Of a DNA stretch of 64,000 bases, positions 53,201 through 64,000 are shown in pieces; within the stretch, counting starts at the first letter, position 1; each line of letters starts with the position of its first letter. The translations under genes and the position numbers were made by a program. The DNA comes from Squalus acanthias (taxonomy: Eukaryota), in the NCBI GenBank assembly GCA_030390025.1, contig JASTWF010000329.1:186001-250000 (forward strand), in the 5' to 3' direction. The notes beneath the pieces were generated by a model. It was given only the letters and a program-made list of their open reading frames with translations, made no database searches and was not told the origin of the DNA.

Positions 53201-53966
53201 CTGTCTCTGTTTATATTACACTAGACCCTGTCTCTGTTTATTTTACACTAGTCCCTGTCTCTGTTTATATTACACTAGACCCTGTCTCTGTTTATATTAC
53301 ACTAGACCCTGTCTCTGTTTATATTACACTTGACTCTCTCTGTTTATATTACACTAGACCCTGTTTCTGTTTATATTACACTAGACCCTGTCTCTGTTTA
53401 TTTTACACTGGACCCTGTCTCTGTTTATATTACACTAGACCCTGTCTCTGTTTATATTACACTTGACTCTGTCTCTGTTTATATTACACTAGACCCTGTC
53501 TCTATTTATATTACTCTAGACCCTGTCTCTGTTTATATTACACTAGACCCTGTCTCTGTTTATTTTACACTAGACCCTGTCTCTGTTTATTTTACACTAG
53601 ACCCTGTCTCTGTTTATTTTACACTGGACCCTGTCTCTCTTTATATTACACTAGACCCTATCTCTATTTATATTACTCTAGACCCTGTCTCTGTTTATTT
53701 TACACTGGACCCTGTCTCTCTTTATATTACATGAGACCCTGTCTCTGTTTATATTACACTAGACCCTGTCTCTATTTATATTACTCTAGACCCTGTCTCT
53801 GTTTATATTACACTAGACCCTGTCTCTGTTTATATTACACTAGACCCTGTCTCTGTTTATATTACACTTGACTCTGTCTCTGTTTATATTACACTAGACC
53901 GTGTCTCTATTTATATTACTCTAGACCCTGTCTCTGTTTATATTACACTAGACCCTGTCTCTGTTT
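47237..53966 (-). repeat. Same 27-bp satellite in reverse orientation, about 250 units
   Basis: gaccctgtctctgtttatattacacta units; variant-rich at 52.2-53.9 kb. Confidence 0.99.
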
Positions 53967-54872
53967 CTAATCCACTCGGCCCTGCCTTAGTTATTACTGC
54001 ACTAGACGATGCCCACAAATATTGGAAGTGGTTGGGGAGGAAACAGTGAAAGTAACAGTCAGAAAAAAAGATTGTGGAAACAGGAATAGTGCAAATTTCA
54101 CTGGAGAGTAACCAGTGTTTAAGTCCTTACCAAACGAAGGACATAATAAGTCAGAGAAATACAGGTTTATTAACCTCACATCAGGTACAGGTACAGTTTC
54201 ATTTTTAGCATCACTTGCACCAACCATCACCCACTGGAGGTTTATATCAGGAGATTCTGTGTGATGGTGAGGTGATCACTGGACAATAAAGTGCAGAGAC
54301 TGGTGGGTGGCTGCTCATTATCCTCGGTGTGATTTAATCCCCTTTCCCACTGAATACTGCGGACAGACAGGCTCACCTTGGGAACGAAATGGTCAGTGTG
54401 ACATCACTTTCTAAACAAGAGCCCACAAGACAATGGGTTCTCAATAAATGTTAAAGGGATTCAATGCTCTGAAGTTACACTGTGAATAAAGGAAATAAAA
54501 TGCTGATCAATAATGGCTGAAGATAATGATTTCTCTCTGTGGAATGTGCTTGTGCACATTAAGAAAGATGTGTTTTGTTTACACACTCACACATATAACA
54601 AACAGATTGTGTGAGCCCTTTTCAGTTGTTCTGCTTAACCCGATGTCATAATGCTGTGTGGACTTTAGGACCCTGCGGCAGCCCATCCGGTGTTACCGAG
54701 ACCTTCCCTGGATACCAAGGCTGGAGAGGCACTCTGGAAGGTGTGGGGAGCTGGGACTTGTCCATCAGAGTAACCGACGGTACGAGAACTGAAACAATCT
54801 CGAGGTAGAAAGGAGAAAAGGCCCAAAAATGGAGCAGTCGGCAACAGGACATCAATTAGTCTCCTCTTATCA

Positions 54873-55281
54873 AAGAACATAAGAAATAGGAGCAGGAGTA
54901 GGTCATATGACCCTTAGAGCCTGGCCCGCCAATCAGTAAGATCATGGCTGATCTTCTACCTCAACTCCACTTTCCTGCACCAACCCCATATCCTTTGATT
55001 CCCTTAATATTCAAAAATCTATCGATCTCTATCTTGAATATACTCAAAGACCGAGCCTCCACAGCCCTCTGGGGTAGAGAATTCCAAAGATTCATCACCC
55101 TCCGAGTGAAGAAATTTCTCCTCATCTCAGTCCGAAATGGGTGATCCCTTATTCTGAGACTGTGACCCCTGGTTCTAGATTCCCCAGCCAGGGGAAACAT
55201 CCTCCCTGCATCGACCCTGTCAAGCCCTGTAAGAATTTTGTAAGTTTCAATGAGATCACCTCTTATTCTTCTAAACTCTAA
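54873..55281 (-). mobile_element. CR1 3' fragment (mirror of 21989-22397)
   Basis: Near-identical reverse complement. Confidence 0.9.
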
Positions 55282-55459
55282 TCTCGGAGACATCAAATAT
55301 CGACACACTGTGTTATTATAAATATCAAAATATTAAACTCCAGCCCAGTTATAGGGGTTATTAACATCACCAGAAACAACCCCCAACTGTCACAATGTAC
55401 ATGGTTCAGTCCGGGATGTGATTAACAGCAGCAATAACAGCAGAATCCAACCCCTGCAG

Positions 55460-56386
55460 TCACTTGTGAACTCGCTGGTGTCTCAGCAGGCTGGATGACC
55501 GAGTGAATCCCTTCCCACACTCAGAGCAGGTGAACGGCCTCTCCCCAGTGTGAACTCGCTGGTGTGTCAGCAGGCTGGATACTTCAGTGAATCGTTTCCC
55601 ACACACGGAGCAAGTGAACGGCCTCTCCCCGGTGTGAACTCGCTGGTGTGTCAGCAGGCTGGATGCTTCAGTGAACTTTTTCCCACACTCGGAGCAGGTG
55701 AACGGCCTCTCCTTGGTGTGAGTACTTTGGTGTGTCAGCAGGTGGGATGACTGAATGAATCCCTTCCCACACTCAGAGCAGGTGAACGGCCTCTCCCCGG
55801 TGTGAACTCGCTGGTGTTTCAGCAGGCTGGATGCTTCAGTGAATCTTTTCCCACACTCGGAGCAGGTGAACGGCCTCTCCCCGGTGTGAGTACGTTGGTG
55901 TGCTGTGAGGCCGGATGACTGAGCGAATCCCTGTCCACATTCAGAGCAGGTGAACGGCCTCTCCCCAGTGTGAACTCGCTGGTGAGTTAGAAGATTGGAT
56001 GACTGAGTGAATCCCTTCCCACACTCAGAGCAGGTGAACGGCCTCTCCCCAGTGTGAACACGCTGGTGAGTTAGTAGGTTGGATGAACAAGTGAATCCCT
56101 TCCCACACATGGGGCAGTTGAACGGCCTCTCCCCGGTGTGAACTCGCTGGTGTGTCAGCAGGTGGGATGAACACTTGAACCTCATCCCGCAGTGAGAGCA
56201 GCTGAACGGCCTCTCCCCAGTGTGAACTCGCTGGTGTGCCGTCAGGTCGGATGACTGAGTGAATCCCTTCCCACACTCAGAGCAGGTGAACGGTCTCTCC
56301 CCGGTGTGACTGCGATGATGAATTTCCAGCTTAGACGGGGAAATGAATCCCTTCCCACAGTCCCCACATTTCCACGGTTTCTCCGT
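55460..56386 (-). CDS. ZNF-D: tandem C2H2 protein, 11 fingers; paralog of ZNF-C; putative ACG start
   Basis: 308 codons (11x28) open from ACG at 56386; splice acceptor mutated AG>AC at 56751, so expression is uncertain. Confidence 0.62.
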   Translation of the reverse strand, partial: TEKPWKCGDCGKGFISPSKLEIHHRSHTGERPFTCSECGKGFTQSSDLTAHQRVHTGERPFSCSHCGMRFKCSSHLLTHQRVHTGERPFNCPMCGKGFTCSSNLLTHQRVHTGERPFTCSECGKGFTQSSNLLTHQRVHTGERPFTCSECGQGFAQSSGLTAHQRTHTGERPFTCSECGKRFTEASSLLKHQRVHTGERPFTCSECGKGFIQSSHLLTHQSTHTKERPFTCSECGKKFTEASSLLTHQRVHTGERPFTCSVCGKRFTEVSSLLTHQRVHTGERPFTCSECGKGFTRSSSLLRHQRVHK

Positions 56387-56974
56387 GGTGCGGGTGTCCT
56401 TGTGTCTCTCCAGGTTGGACGATCAGTTGAAGCCTTGTCCACACACAAAACATGTGTACGGTTTCTCCCCGCTGTGAACGGTGCGATGTTTTTTCAGGCT
56501 GTGTAACTGGTTGAAGCTCTTTCCACTGTCAGTGCACTGGAACTCTCTCACTCGGGTGTGTGTGTCTCGGTGCTTTTCCAGTCACACTGATGTTTGAAAT
56601 CTTTTCCCACAGACAGAACAGACAAACATTTCTCCTTCCACATTCAAAGGCCGATGATATTCAGGTCCTGAGGAATGGAGTGACTCTGTCAGATCTTGAC
56701 ATGATGTTTGGTTTAAGTTTCCCGTCTGCAAATCCTCCCCTTCTAATACCGTGTAAAAGGAGTTTACAAAACTCATCACTGTAAATACAGGATAGAAATT
56801 CAGAACAGACAATTCTAGTTACTGTGGAACATTCTTTCCTCTCTTGTTCCCCAAAGCTGTAAATCCCCGTCCCACACACTCTCCCTCCTCACTGTGCTGA
56901 AATCCAAACCAATCGCACTTACTTCAAACTTTTTTCCTCTATTCCCAGTTTTCTGAGTGCCACAACTCTGCGTT

Positions 56975-57355
56975 CAGTTCGACACTAACTGGTTCCACTC
57001 TCTCCCTCTCCTGCCCTGAAGGTGATTCCTCTGACTGGTTTCATTCCTGCACTAACTTGTTCTGTGTCTCCGCTGAAGGTGCTGACTCTGGCTGGGTTCA
57101 GTTGTGCAATAACTGGTTCCCTCCCTCCCTCTCCTGCCCTGAAGGTCATTCCTCTGACTGGTTTCATTCCTGCACTAACTTGTTCTGTGTCTCCGCTGAA
57201 GGTGCTGACTCTGGCTGGGTTCAGTTGTGCAATAACTGGTTCCTTCTCTCCCTCTCCTGCCCTGAAGGTGTTGACTCTTGGCTGGGTTTATTTCTGCATG
57301 AACTGCTTCCTCTCCCTCCTTTGAAGGTGCTGACTCTGGCTGTGTTCAGTTCTAC
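56975..57355. repeat. Degenerate 63-bp repeat copies (mirror of 20124-20385, with an extra block of about 120 bp)
   Basis: ctgaaggtgctgactctggctgggttcagtt cores. Confidence 0.8.
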
Positions 57356-57569
57356 AATCGCTGGGTTCTCCTGTAGAAGAGGTAAGGTCAGTGACGGTCT
57401 GAGAATTGATGGTGTGGTGTTCAGTAGTGGGGTCATGGTCCAGGGGAGGCAGGAGGAGTTGTGTCTCTTCAAAGAAAAGGTTAATCTTGTAGCAACCGTG
57501 TTTTGCCAAACCGACTTTTAGCCTGTGTGTTAAATAGGTAAGTATGATTCTTTACAGACCCTCCCAAAC

Positions 57570-58825
57570 CCATCTCCATTTCTCCTCATTTACAGACGCT
57601 CCCTGACCAGTCTCCATTTCTCCTCATTTACAGACGCTCCCTGACCAGTCTCCATTTCTCCTCATTTACAGACGCTCCCTGACCAGTCTCCATTTCTCCT
57701 CATTTACAGATGCTCCCTGATCAGTCTCCATTTCTCCTCATTTACAGACGCTCCCTGATCAGTCTCCATTTCTCCTCCATCTGCAGTCGCTCCCTGACCA
57801 GTCTCCATTCCTCCTCATTTACAAACGCTCCCTGACCAGTCTCCATTACTCCTCCATTTACAGACGCTCCCTGACCAGTCTCCATTTCTCCTCATTTACA
57901 GACGCTCCCTGACCAGTCTCCATTTCTCCTCATTTACACACGCTCCCTGACCAGTCTCCAGTTCTTCTCCATTTACAGACGCTCCCTGACCAGTCTCCAG
58001 TTCTTCCTCCATTTACAGACGCTCCCTGACCAATCTCCATTTCTCCTTCATTTACAGACGCTCCCTGACCATTCTCCAGTTCTTCTCCATTTACAGACGC
58101 TCCCTGACCAGTCTCCATTTCTCCTCCATTTACAGACGCTCCCTGACCAGTCTCCATTTCTCCTCCATTTCCAGACGCTCCCTGACTCACTTCCTCCCTG
58201 TCCCGGAGTTTGCCGCGGGGCCGCTTTGTGGACTTTCTGTTGTTTGCTCCACACCACAGATGGAACCCTGTGGGGTGGAGCAAACATTGCAACATTTGGC
58301 AAAGAAATGGATTCACTCAGGACAGACAGCAGGGATTATTGCAGGAAAAAACACTACTGACTAGGATGGTCCCATGTTCAATCCTTGATCTGACCACTCA
58401 CCATTTCTCCTTCATTTACAGATGCTCCCTGAACAGTCTCCAGTTCTCCTCCATTTACAGACGCTCCCTGACCACTCACCATTTCTCCTTCATTTATGAC
58501 GCTCCCTGAGCAGTCCCAATTTCTCCTCCATTTACAGATGCTCCCTGACCACTCTCCATTTCTCCTCCATTTACAGACGCTCCCTGACGAGTCACCACTT
58601 CTCTGCCATTTACAGACGCTCCCTGACCAGTCACCATTCCTGCTCCATTCAGAGACGCACCCTGACCAGTCCCCATATCTCCTCCATTTACAGACGCTCC
58701 CTGAATAGTCTCTATTTTTCCTCCATTTACAGACGCTCCCTGACCAATCTCCATTTGTCCTGCATTTACAGACGCTCCCTGACCAGTAACCATTTCTCCT
58801 CCATTTACAGACGCTCCCTGACTCG
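57570..58825. repeat. 38/39-bp minisatellite, two blocks (mirror of 18703-19910)
   Basis: catttacagacgctccctgaccagtctccatttctcct units. Confidence 0.95.
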
Positions 58826-58996
58826 CTGGGGATTTCCCAGCACTTCCTGGTTGTCCCGGAGGTTGTATCTTAAACTGGCGGGTAGTTGTGGGGAGGCGGA
58901 TAATGTTGAGTGTTTTCTCCGGGCCGGGCCTGGGGCCGCACTCGGGGTGTGAGCAGCCCGCGTCCCCCCGGGGTTTATTAACCCGCTCCCTGAGCT

Positions 58997-59215
58997 CTCT
59001 CACCTGATGTGTCAGTGTCTCCTGCCAAGGTCCACGCATGCTCAGCTCACACTGCCCAGGTGATTGACGGGAGCTCCGGGCCAATAGGAAGAGTGGGTCG
59101 GGGCTGGAGGACCGAGCGGGCGGTTGGTTTTCCAACCAATCGGAGTGTATGAGGGGCGGGGCTTACGGCACCCAGTGGGCGGGGTTGAGCCCGGAGCTCC
59201 CTCATTGGCTGAAAC
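58997..59215 (-). promoter_or_regulatory. CpG promoter / first exon candidate of ZNF-D
   Basis: Mirror of 18315-18530; CCAAT and GC boxes kept; NRF1-like motif altered to GCATGCGTG. Confidence 0.5.
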
Positions 59216-59392
59216 TCTGCATCATTTTCAAACTTGATTTCTCTCAAACTCCAGGGACCATGCTAGTATATTACCCCCAATGCCACGAGCCCTAATTTTG
59301 TTTAATAACCTCTTGTGTGGCATCTTATCGATTGTTTCTGAAAATCCAAATACACCACATCCACTGGTTCCCCCTTATCTATCCTGCTAGTT

Positions 59393-61943
59393 ACAAACAG
59401 TCAGGGGGAGATAGAGGAAAAGATATGTAGGCAAATCTCAGAGAAGTGTAGAAATAATAGGGTAATAATAGTAGGGGATTTCAACTTCCCCAATATTAAC
59501 TGGGATTGTCAGAGTGTGAAAGGCTTAGAGGGTGCGGAATTCTTAAAGTGCATCCAGGAGAGCTTTTTGAGCCAGCATGTAGAAAGTCCTACAAGTGAGG
59601 GGGCGGTACTGGACCTAATTCTAGGGAATGTAGCCAGGCAAGTGGTAAAAGTGTCAGTAGGAGAGCATTTTGGTGACAGTGACCATAATTCGTTGAGATT
59701 TAAGGTAGTCATGGAAAAGGACAAAGATGGACCGGAAATAAAGGTTCTAAATTGGGGGAAGGCCGATTTTAACATGATAAGGCAGGATCTGGCCAAAGTG
59801 GACCGGGATCAGCTACTTGTAGGAAAATCCACATCAGAGCACTGGGAATCATTCAGAAAGGAAATAGAAAGAGTACAGCACCAACATGTTCCCATAAAGG
59901 TCAAGGGTGGGACCAACAAGTCCAGGGAACACTGGATGTCAAGGGATAGACAAGAGTGGATTAGGAAAAAAAGGGAGGCTTTTGGCAGATACAAAGGACT
60001 AAAAACAGTGGAAGCACTAGAGGAGTATAAAAAGTGCAGGGAGGTACTTAAAAAAGAAATTAGGAGAGCGAAGAGGGGTCATGAAAAAACACTGGCGGGC
60101 AAAATAAAGGAAAATCCCAAGGTGTTTTATAAGTATATTAAGGGCAAGAGGATAACCAGGGAAAGAGTAGGGCCCATTAGGGACCAAAGTGGCAATCTGT
60201 GTGTAGAGCCGGAAGATGTGGGCGAGGTGTTAAATGAATATTTTGCATCTGTGTTCACTATGGAGAAGGACAATGTAGGCATGGAAATCAGGCAGGGGGA
60301 TTGTGATATACTTGAACAAATTAACATTGCGAGGGAGGAGGTACTAGCGGTTTTAGCGGGCTTAAAAGTGGATAAATCCCCAGGCCCAGACGAGATGTAT
60401 CCCAGGCTGCTGTGTGAGGCAAGGGAGGAGATTGCAGGGGCTCTGACACAAATTTGCAGATCCTCTCTGGCCACAGGGGAGGTGCCAGAGGACTGGAGGA
60501 CAGATAACGTACTACCATTATTCAAGAACGGTAGTAGGGATAAACCAGGGAATTACAGGCCAGTGAGCCTAACATCAGTGGTAGGGAAATTATTGGAAAA
60601 AATTCTGAGGGACAGAATTAGTCTCCACTTGGAGAGGCAAGGATTAATCAAGGATAGTCAGCATGGCTTTGTCAGGGGGAGATCATGTCTAACCAATTTG
60701 ATTGATTTTTTGAGGGGGTGACTAGGTGTGTGGATGAGGGTAGTGCAGTTGATGTAGTCTACATGGACTTCAGTAAGGCTTTTGACAAAGTCCCGCATGG
60801 GAGACTGATCAAGAAGGTAAGAGCCCATGGGATCCAGGGCAATTTGGCACATTGGATCCAAAATTTGCTTAGTGGCAGGAGGCAGAGGGTGATGGTCGAA
60901 GGTTGTTTTTGTGACTGGAAGCCTGTGTCCAGTGGTGTACCGCAGAGATCGGTGCTGGGTCCCTTGCTGTTTGTAGTGTACATTAATGATTTAGATATGA
61001 ATGTAGGAGGTATGATCAGTAAGTTCGCAGATTACACGAAAATTGGTGGAGTGGTAAATAGCGAGGAGGGAAGCCTCAGGCTACAGGACGATATAGACGA
61101 GTTGGTCAGATGGGCAGAACAGTGGCAAATGGAATGTAACCCTGAAAAGTGTGAGGTGATGCATTTTGGGAGGACTAATAAGGCAAGGGAATACACAATG
61201 AATGGTAGGACCCTAGGAAGGACAGAGGATCAGAGGGACCTTGGTGTGCATGTACATAGATCCCTGAAGGCAGCTGGACAGGTAGACAGGTGGTTAAGAA
61301 GGCATATGGGATACTTGCCTTCATTAGCCGAGGCATAGAATATAAGAGCAGGGATGTTATGATGGAGCTGTACAAAACACTAGTTAGGCCACAGCTGGAA
61401 TACTGTGTGCAGTTCTGGTCGCCACACTATAGGAGTGATGTGATTGTATTGGAGAGGGTGCAGAGGAGATTCACCAGGATGTTATCTGGGCTGGAGTGCT
61501 TCAGCTATGAAGGGAGACTGGACAGGCTGGGTTGTTTTCCTTAGAGCAGAGAAGGCTGAGGGAGGACCTGATTGAGGTGTACAAAATTATGAGGGGCACA
61601 GATAGGATAGATAGAAAGGAACTTTTCCCCTTAGTAGAGGGATCAATAACCAGGGGGCATAGTTTCAAGGTAAGGGGCAGGAGGTTTAGAGGGGATTTGA
61701 GGAAAACCTTTTTCACCCAGAGGGTGGTTGGAATCTGGAACTCACTGCCTGAAAGGGTGGTAGAGGCAGGAACCCTCACAACATTCACGAAGCATTTAGA
61801 TGAGCACTTGAAACGCCACAGCATACAAGGCTAGGGACCAAGTGCTGGAAAGTGGGATTAGAATAGACAGGGTTTGATGGGCGGCGCGGACACGATGGGC
61901 CGAAGGGCCTCTTTCTGTGCTGTCTAACTCTGTGACTCTATGA
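59393..61943 (+). mobile_element. 5'-truncated CR1 LINE (mirror of 15583-18135), frameshifted
   Basis: ORF2 split into 59516-60721, 60718-61338, 61290-61544 and 61532-61834; FADD changed to FADY. Confidence 0.95.
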
Positions 61944-62345
61944 CGTGTCCCGCGGGGACAATGTGACCTGTTCACACTGGTGGAGCCCAGCGCGCAGGCG
62001 CAGTGCCCGCCCGTATCTGGAGCATGCGCAGTGTCACTGTGATCCGGGCCCTCCGAGTGCGACCAGCGGAATTAGGCGGGAGAAGCAGTTTTTGCGACGA
62101 TTACGAATCAGGGGCCGCAGGGAGGTAACGCATCCGGCGGGTGAGCTTCATAAACACATGGTGTAGGCCGCAAGCCCCGAATGAGAACCTACGGGTTCCG
62201 CGTTTGCAGCTCCGAGGCTTTTGTCCCCGGCAATAGGCCCAGGCTAAGGGCGGCCATCTTTGTAAAGGAAAGCAGCGTCTTTGTTCGCCGCCATCTTGGT
62301 TCGTGTGGCCATCTTTGTAAAGGAACCAATAGTGGGCGGGGCTTC
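61944..62345 (+). promoter_or_regulatory. CpG promoter / first exon and YY1-rich intron start of ZNF-E
   Basis: NRF1-like GCGCAGGCGCA and GCATGCGCA; donor CGG|GTGAGC at 62140/62141; three GCCATCTT YY1-type motifs (62252-62316); CCAAT and GC box. Confidence 0.55.
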
Positions 62346-62356
62346 AGGGTCCCAGG

Positions 62357-63078
62357 AGAACTGAACCCAGCCAGAGTCAGCACCTTCAGGGGAGGAGAGG
62401 GAGGGGAACCAGTGAGTGTAGAACTGAACCCAGCCAGAGTCAGCACCTTCAGGGGAGGAGAGGGAGGGGAACCAGTGAGTGTAGAACTGAACCCAGCCAG
62501 AGTCAGCACCTTCAGGGGAGGAGAGGGAGGGGAACCAGTGAGTGTAGAACTGAACCCAGCCAGAGTCAGCACCTTCAGGGGAGGAGCGAGAGGGGAACCA
62601 GTGAGTGTAGAACTGAACCCAGTCAGAGTCAGCACCTTCAGGGGAGGAGAGGGAGGGGAACCAGTGAGTGTGGAACTGAACCCAGCCAGAGTCAGCACCT
62701 TCAGGGGAGGAGAGGGAGGGGAACCAGTGAGTGAAACTGAACCGGAACTGAACCCAGCCAGAGTCAGCACCTTCAGGGGAGGAGAGGGAGGGGAACCAGT
62801 GAGTGAAGAACTGAACCCAGCCAGAGTCAGCACCTTCAGGGGAGGAGAGGGAGGGGAACCAGTGAGTGTAGAACTGAACCCTGCCAGAGTCAGCACCTTC
62901 AGGAGAGGAGAGGGAGGGGAACCATTGAGTGTAGAACTGAATCCATCCAGAGTCAGCACCTTCAGGGGAGGAGAGGGAGAGGAACCAGTGAGTGTAGAAC
63001 TGAACCCAGCCAGAGTCAGCACCTTCAGGGGAGGGGAGGGAGGGGAACCAGTGAGTGTAGAACTGAACCCAACCAGAG
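62357..63078. repeat. 63-bp minisatellite, about 11 units
   Basis: Same unit as 12735-13996, inverted. Confidence 0.97.
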
Positions 63079-63631
63079 TTGGTGGAGAAACTATCTTGAG
63101 ACGTGCGGTGTGTTTGTCACTCCTCCCTGTGCTAAAATCCAATGTGTGGGACAGGAATTTACAGCTTTGGAGGAACAAGAGAGGAAATAATGTTCAGAAA
63201 CTAGAATTGTCTGTTCTGAAATTCTGTCCTGTACTTACAGTGATGAGTTTAGTAAACTCCTTTCACAGGGTGTTAGAAGAGGAGGATTTGCAGAAGGGAA
63301 ACTCAAACCAAACATCACGTCAAGATCTGACGGAGTCACTCGATTCATCAGGACCTGAATATCATCGGCCTTTGAATGTGGAAGGAGAAATGTTTGTTTG
63401 TTCTGTCTGTGGGAAAAGATTTCAGACATCAGCGTGACTGGAAAAGCACCGAGACACACACAGCCGAGTGAGAGTGTTCCAGTGCACTGACAGTGGAAAG
63501 AGCTTTAACCAGTTACACAGTCTGAAAAAACATCGCACCATTCACAGTAGGGAGTAACCGTACACGTGTTCTGTGTGTGACGAGGTTTCAACTGATCATC
63601 CAACCTGGAGAGACACAAGGACACCCGCACC

Positions 63632-64000
63632 ACGGAGAAACCGGGTAAATGTGGGGACTGTGGGAAGGGATTCAGTTCCCCGTCTGAGCTGGAAATTCAT
63701 TGGCGCAGTCACACCGGGGAGAGATCGTTCACCTGCTCTGAGTGTGGGAATGGATTCACTTTGTCATTCAGCCTGCTGACACACCAGCGAGTTCACACTG
63801 GGGAGAGGCTGTTCACTTGCACCATGTGTGGGAAGGGATTCACTTTGTCATCCAACCTGCTGACACACCAGCGATTTCACAGTGGGGAGAGACCGTTCAC
63901 CTGCTCCGTGTGTGGGAAAGGATTCACTCAGTCATCCCACCTTGTAACTCACCAGCGCGTTCACACTGGGGAGAGACCGTTCACCTGCTCTGTGTGTGGG
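63632..64000 (+). CDS. ZNF-E: tandem C2H2 protein, partial (4 complete fingers, runs off the window); putative ACG start
   Basis: Open frame from ACG at 63632 ([14 protein letters not shown]...); acceptor tttcacag ends at 63268; upstream dead fingers with TGA at 63435, an extra TAA and a 1-nt deletion. Confidence 0.62.

Larger units (their letters stand above)
53967..64000 (-). repeat. Right arm of the inverted segmental duplication (mirror of about 12,100-23,303)
   Basis: Colinear reverse-complement match of unique flank, ZNF, minisatellites, promoters and CR1; paired ORFs (e.g. 23040/53994, 21169/55460, 15664/59516, 15359/61945). Confidence 0.95.

Noticed and set aside
23304..53966. CRISPR-like or telomeric array; VYITLDPVS ORFs
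   Set aside because: No unique spacers, no cas genes, no TTAGGG units; the ORFs are by-products of a 27-bp period
53994..54265. Plus-strand peptide YRFINLTSGTGTVSF, faintly like fibronectin type III
   Set aside because: In-frame stop, no other FN3 hallmarks, and no clear exon boundaries
2863..61824. Many short ORFs antisense to CR1 ORF2 or in alternative frames of ZNF exons
   Set aside because: Shadow ORFs of the real coding frames, with no independent features

Overview
Eukaryotic (vertebrate) genomic DNA. It is most likely from a cartilaginous fish, inferred from the CR1-type LINE tails, a shark-type SINE and the C2H2 gene architecture. The window is a cluster of tandem C2H2 zinc-finger (ZNF) genes with no visible KRAB/SCAN/BTB domain, densely interrupted by CR1 LINE pieces. 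Most of it is a large inverted duplication: <-ZNF-B / ZNF-C-> [27-bp satellite -> 200-N gap <- 27-bp satellite] <-ZNF-D / ZNF-E->, with arms of about 12,100-23,300 and 53,970-64,000. A separate 9-finger gene (ZNF-A) lies at 1.6-2.5 kb. Main observations: (1) In all four duplicated ZNF copies the intact finger ORF starts at an ACG in a Kozak-like context (CGCACC-ACG-G), just after a region of dead fingers with stops and frameshifts; one copy has no in-frame ATG at all. (2) The arms differ by one whole finger, a splice-acceptor mutation, a CR1 insertion that replaces YY1 motifs, and a 29-bp micro-inversion. (3) A 90-bp Harbinger-like transposase fragment sits at the satellite strand switch. The strand switch coincides with an assembly gap, so the palindrome needs read-level confirmation. 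No prokaryotic genes, RNA genes or CRISPR arrays were seen. ZNF-A to ZNF-E are labels used only here.
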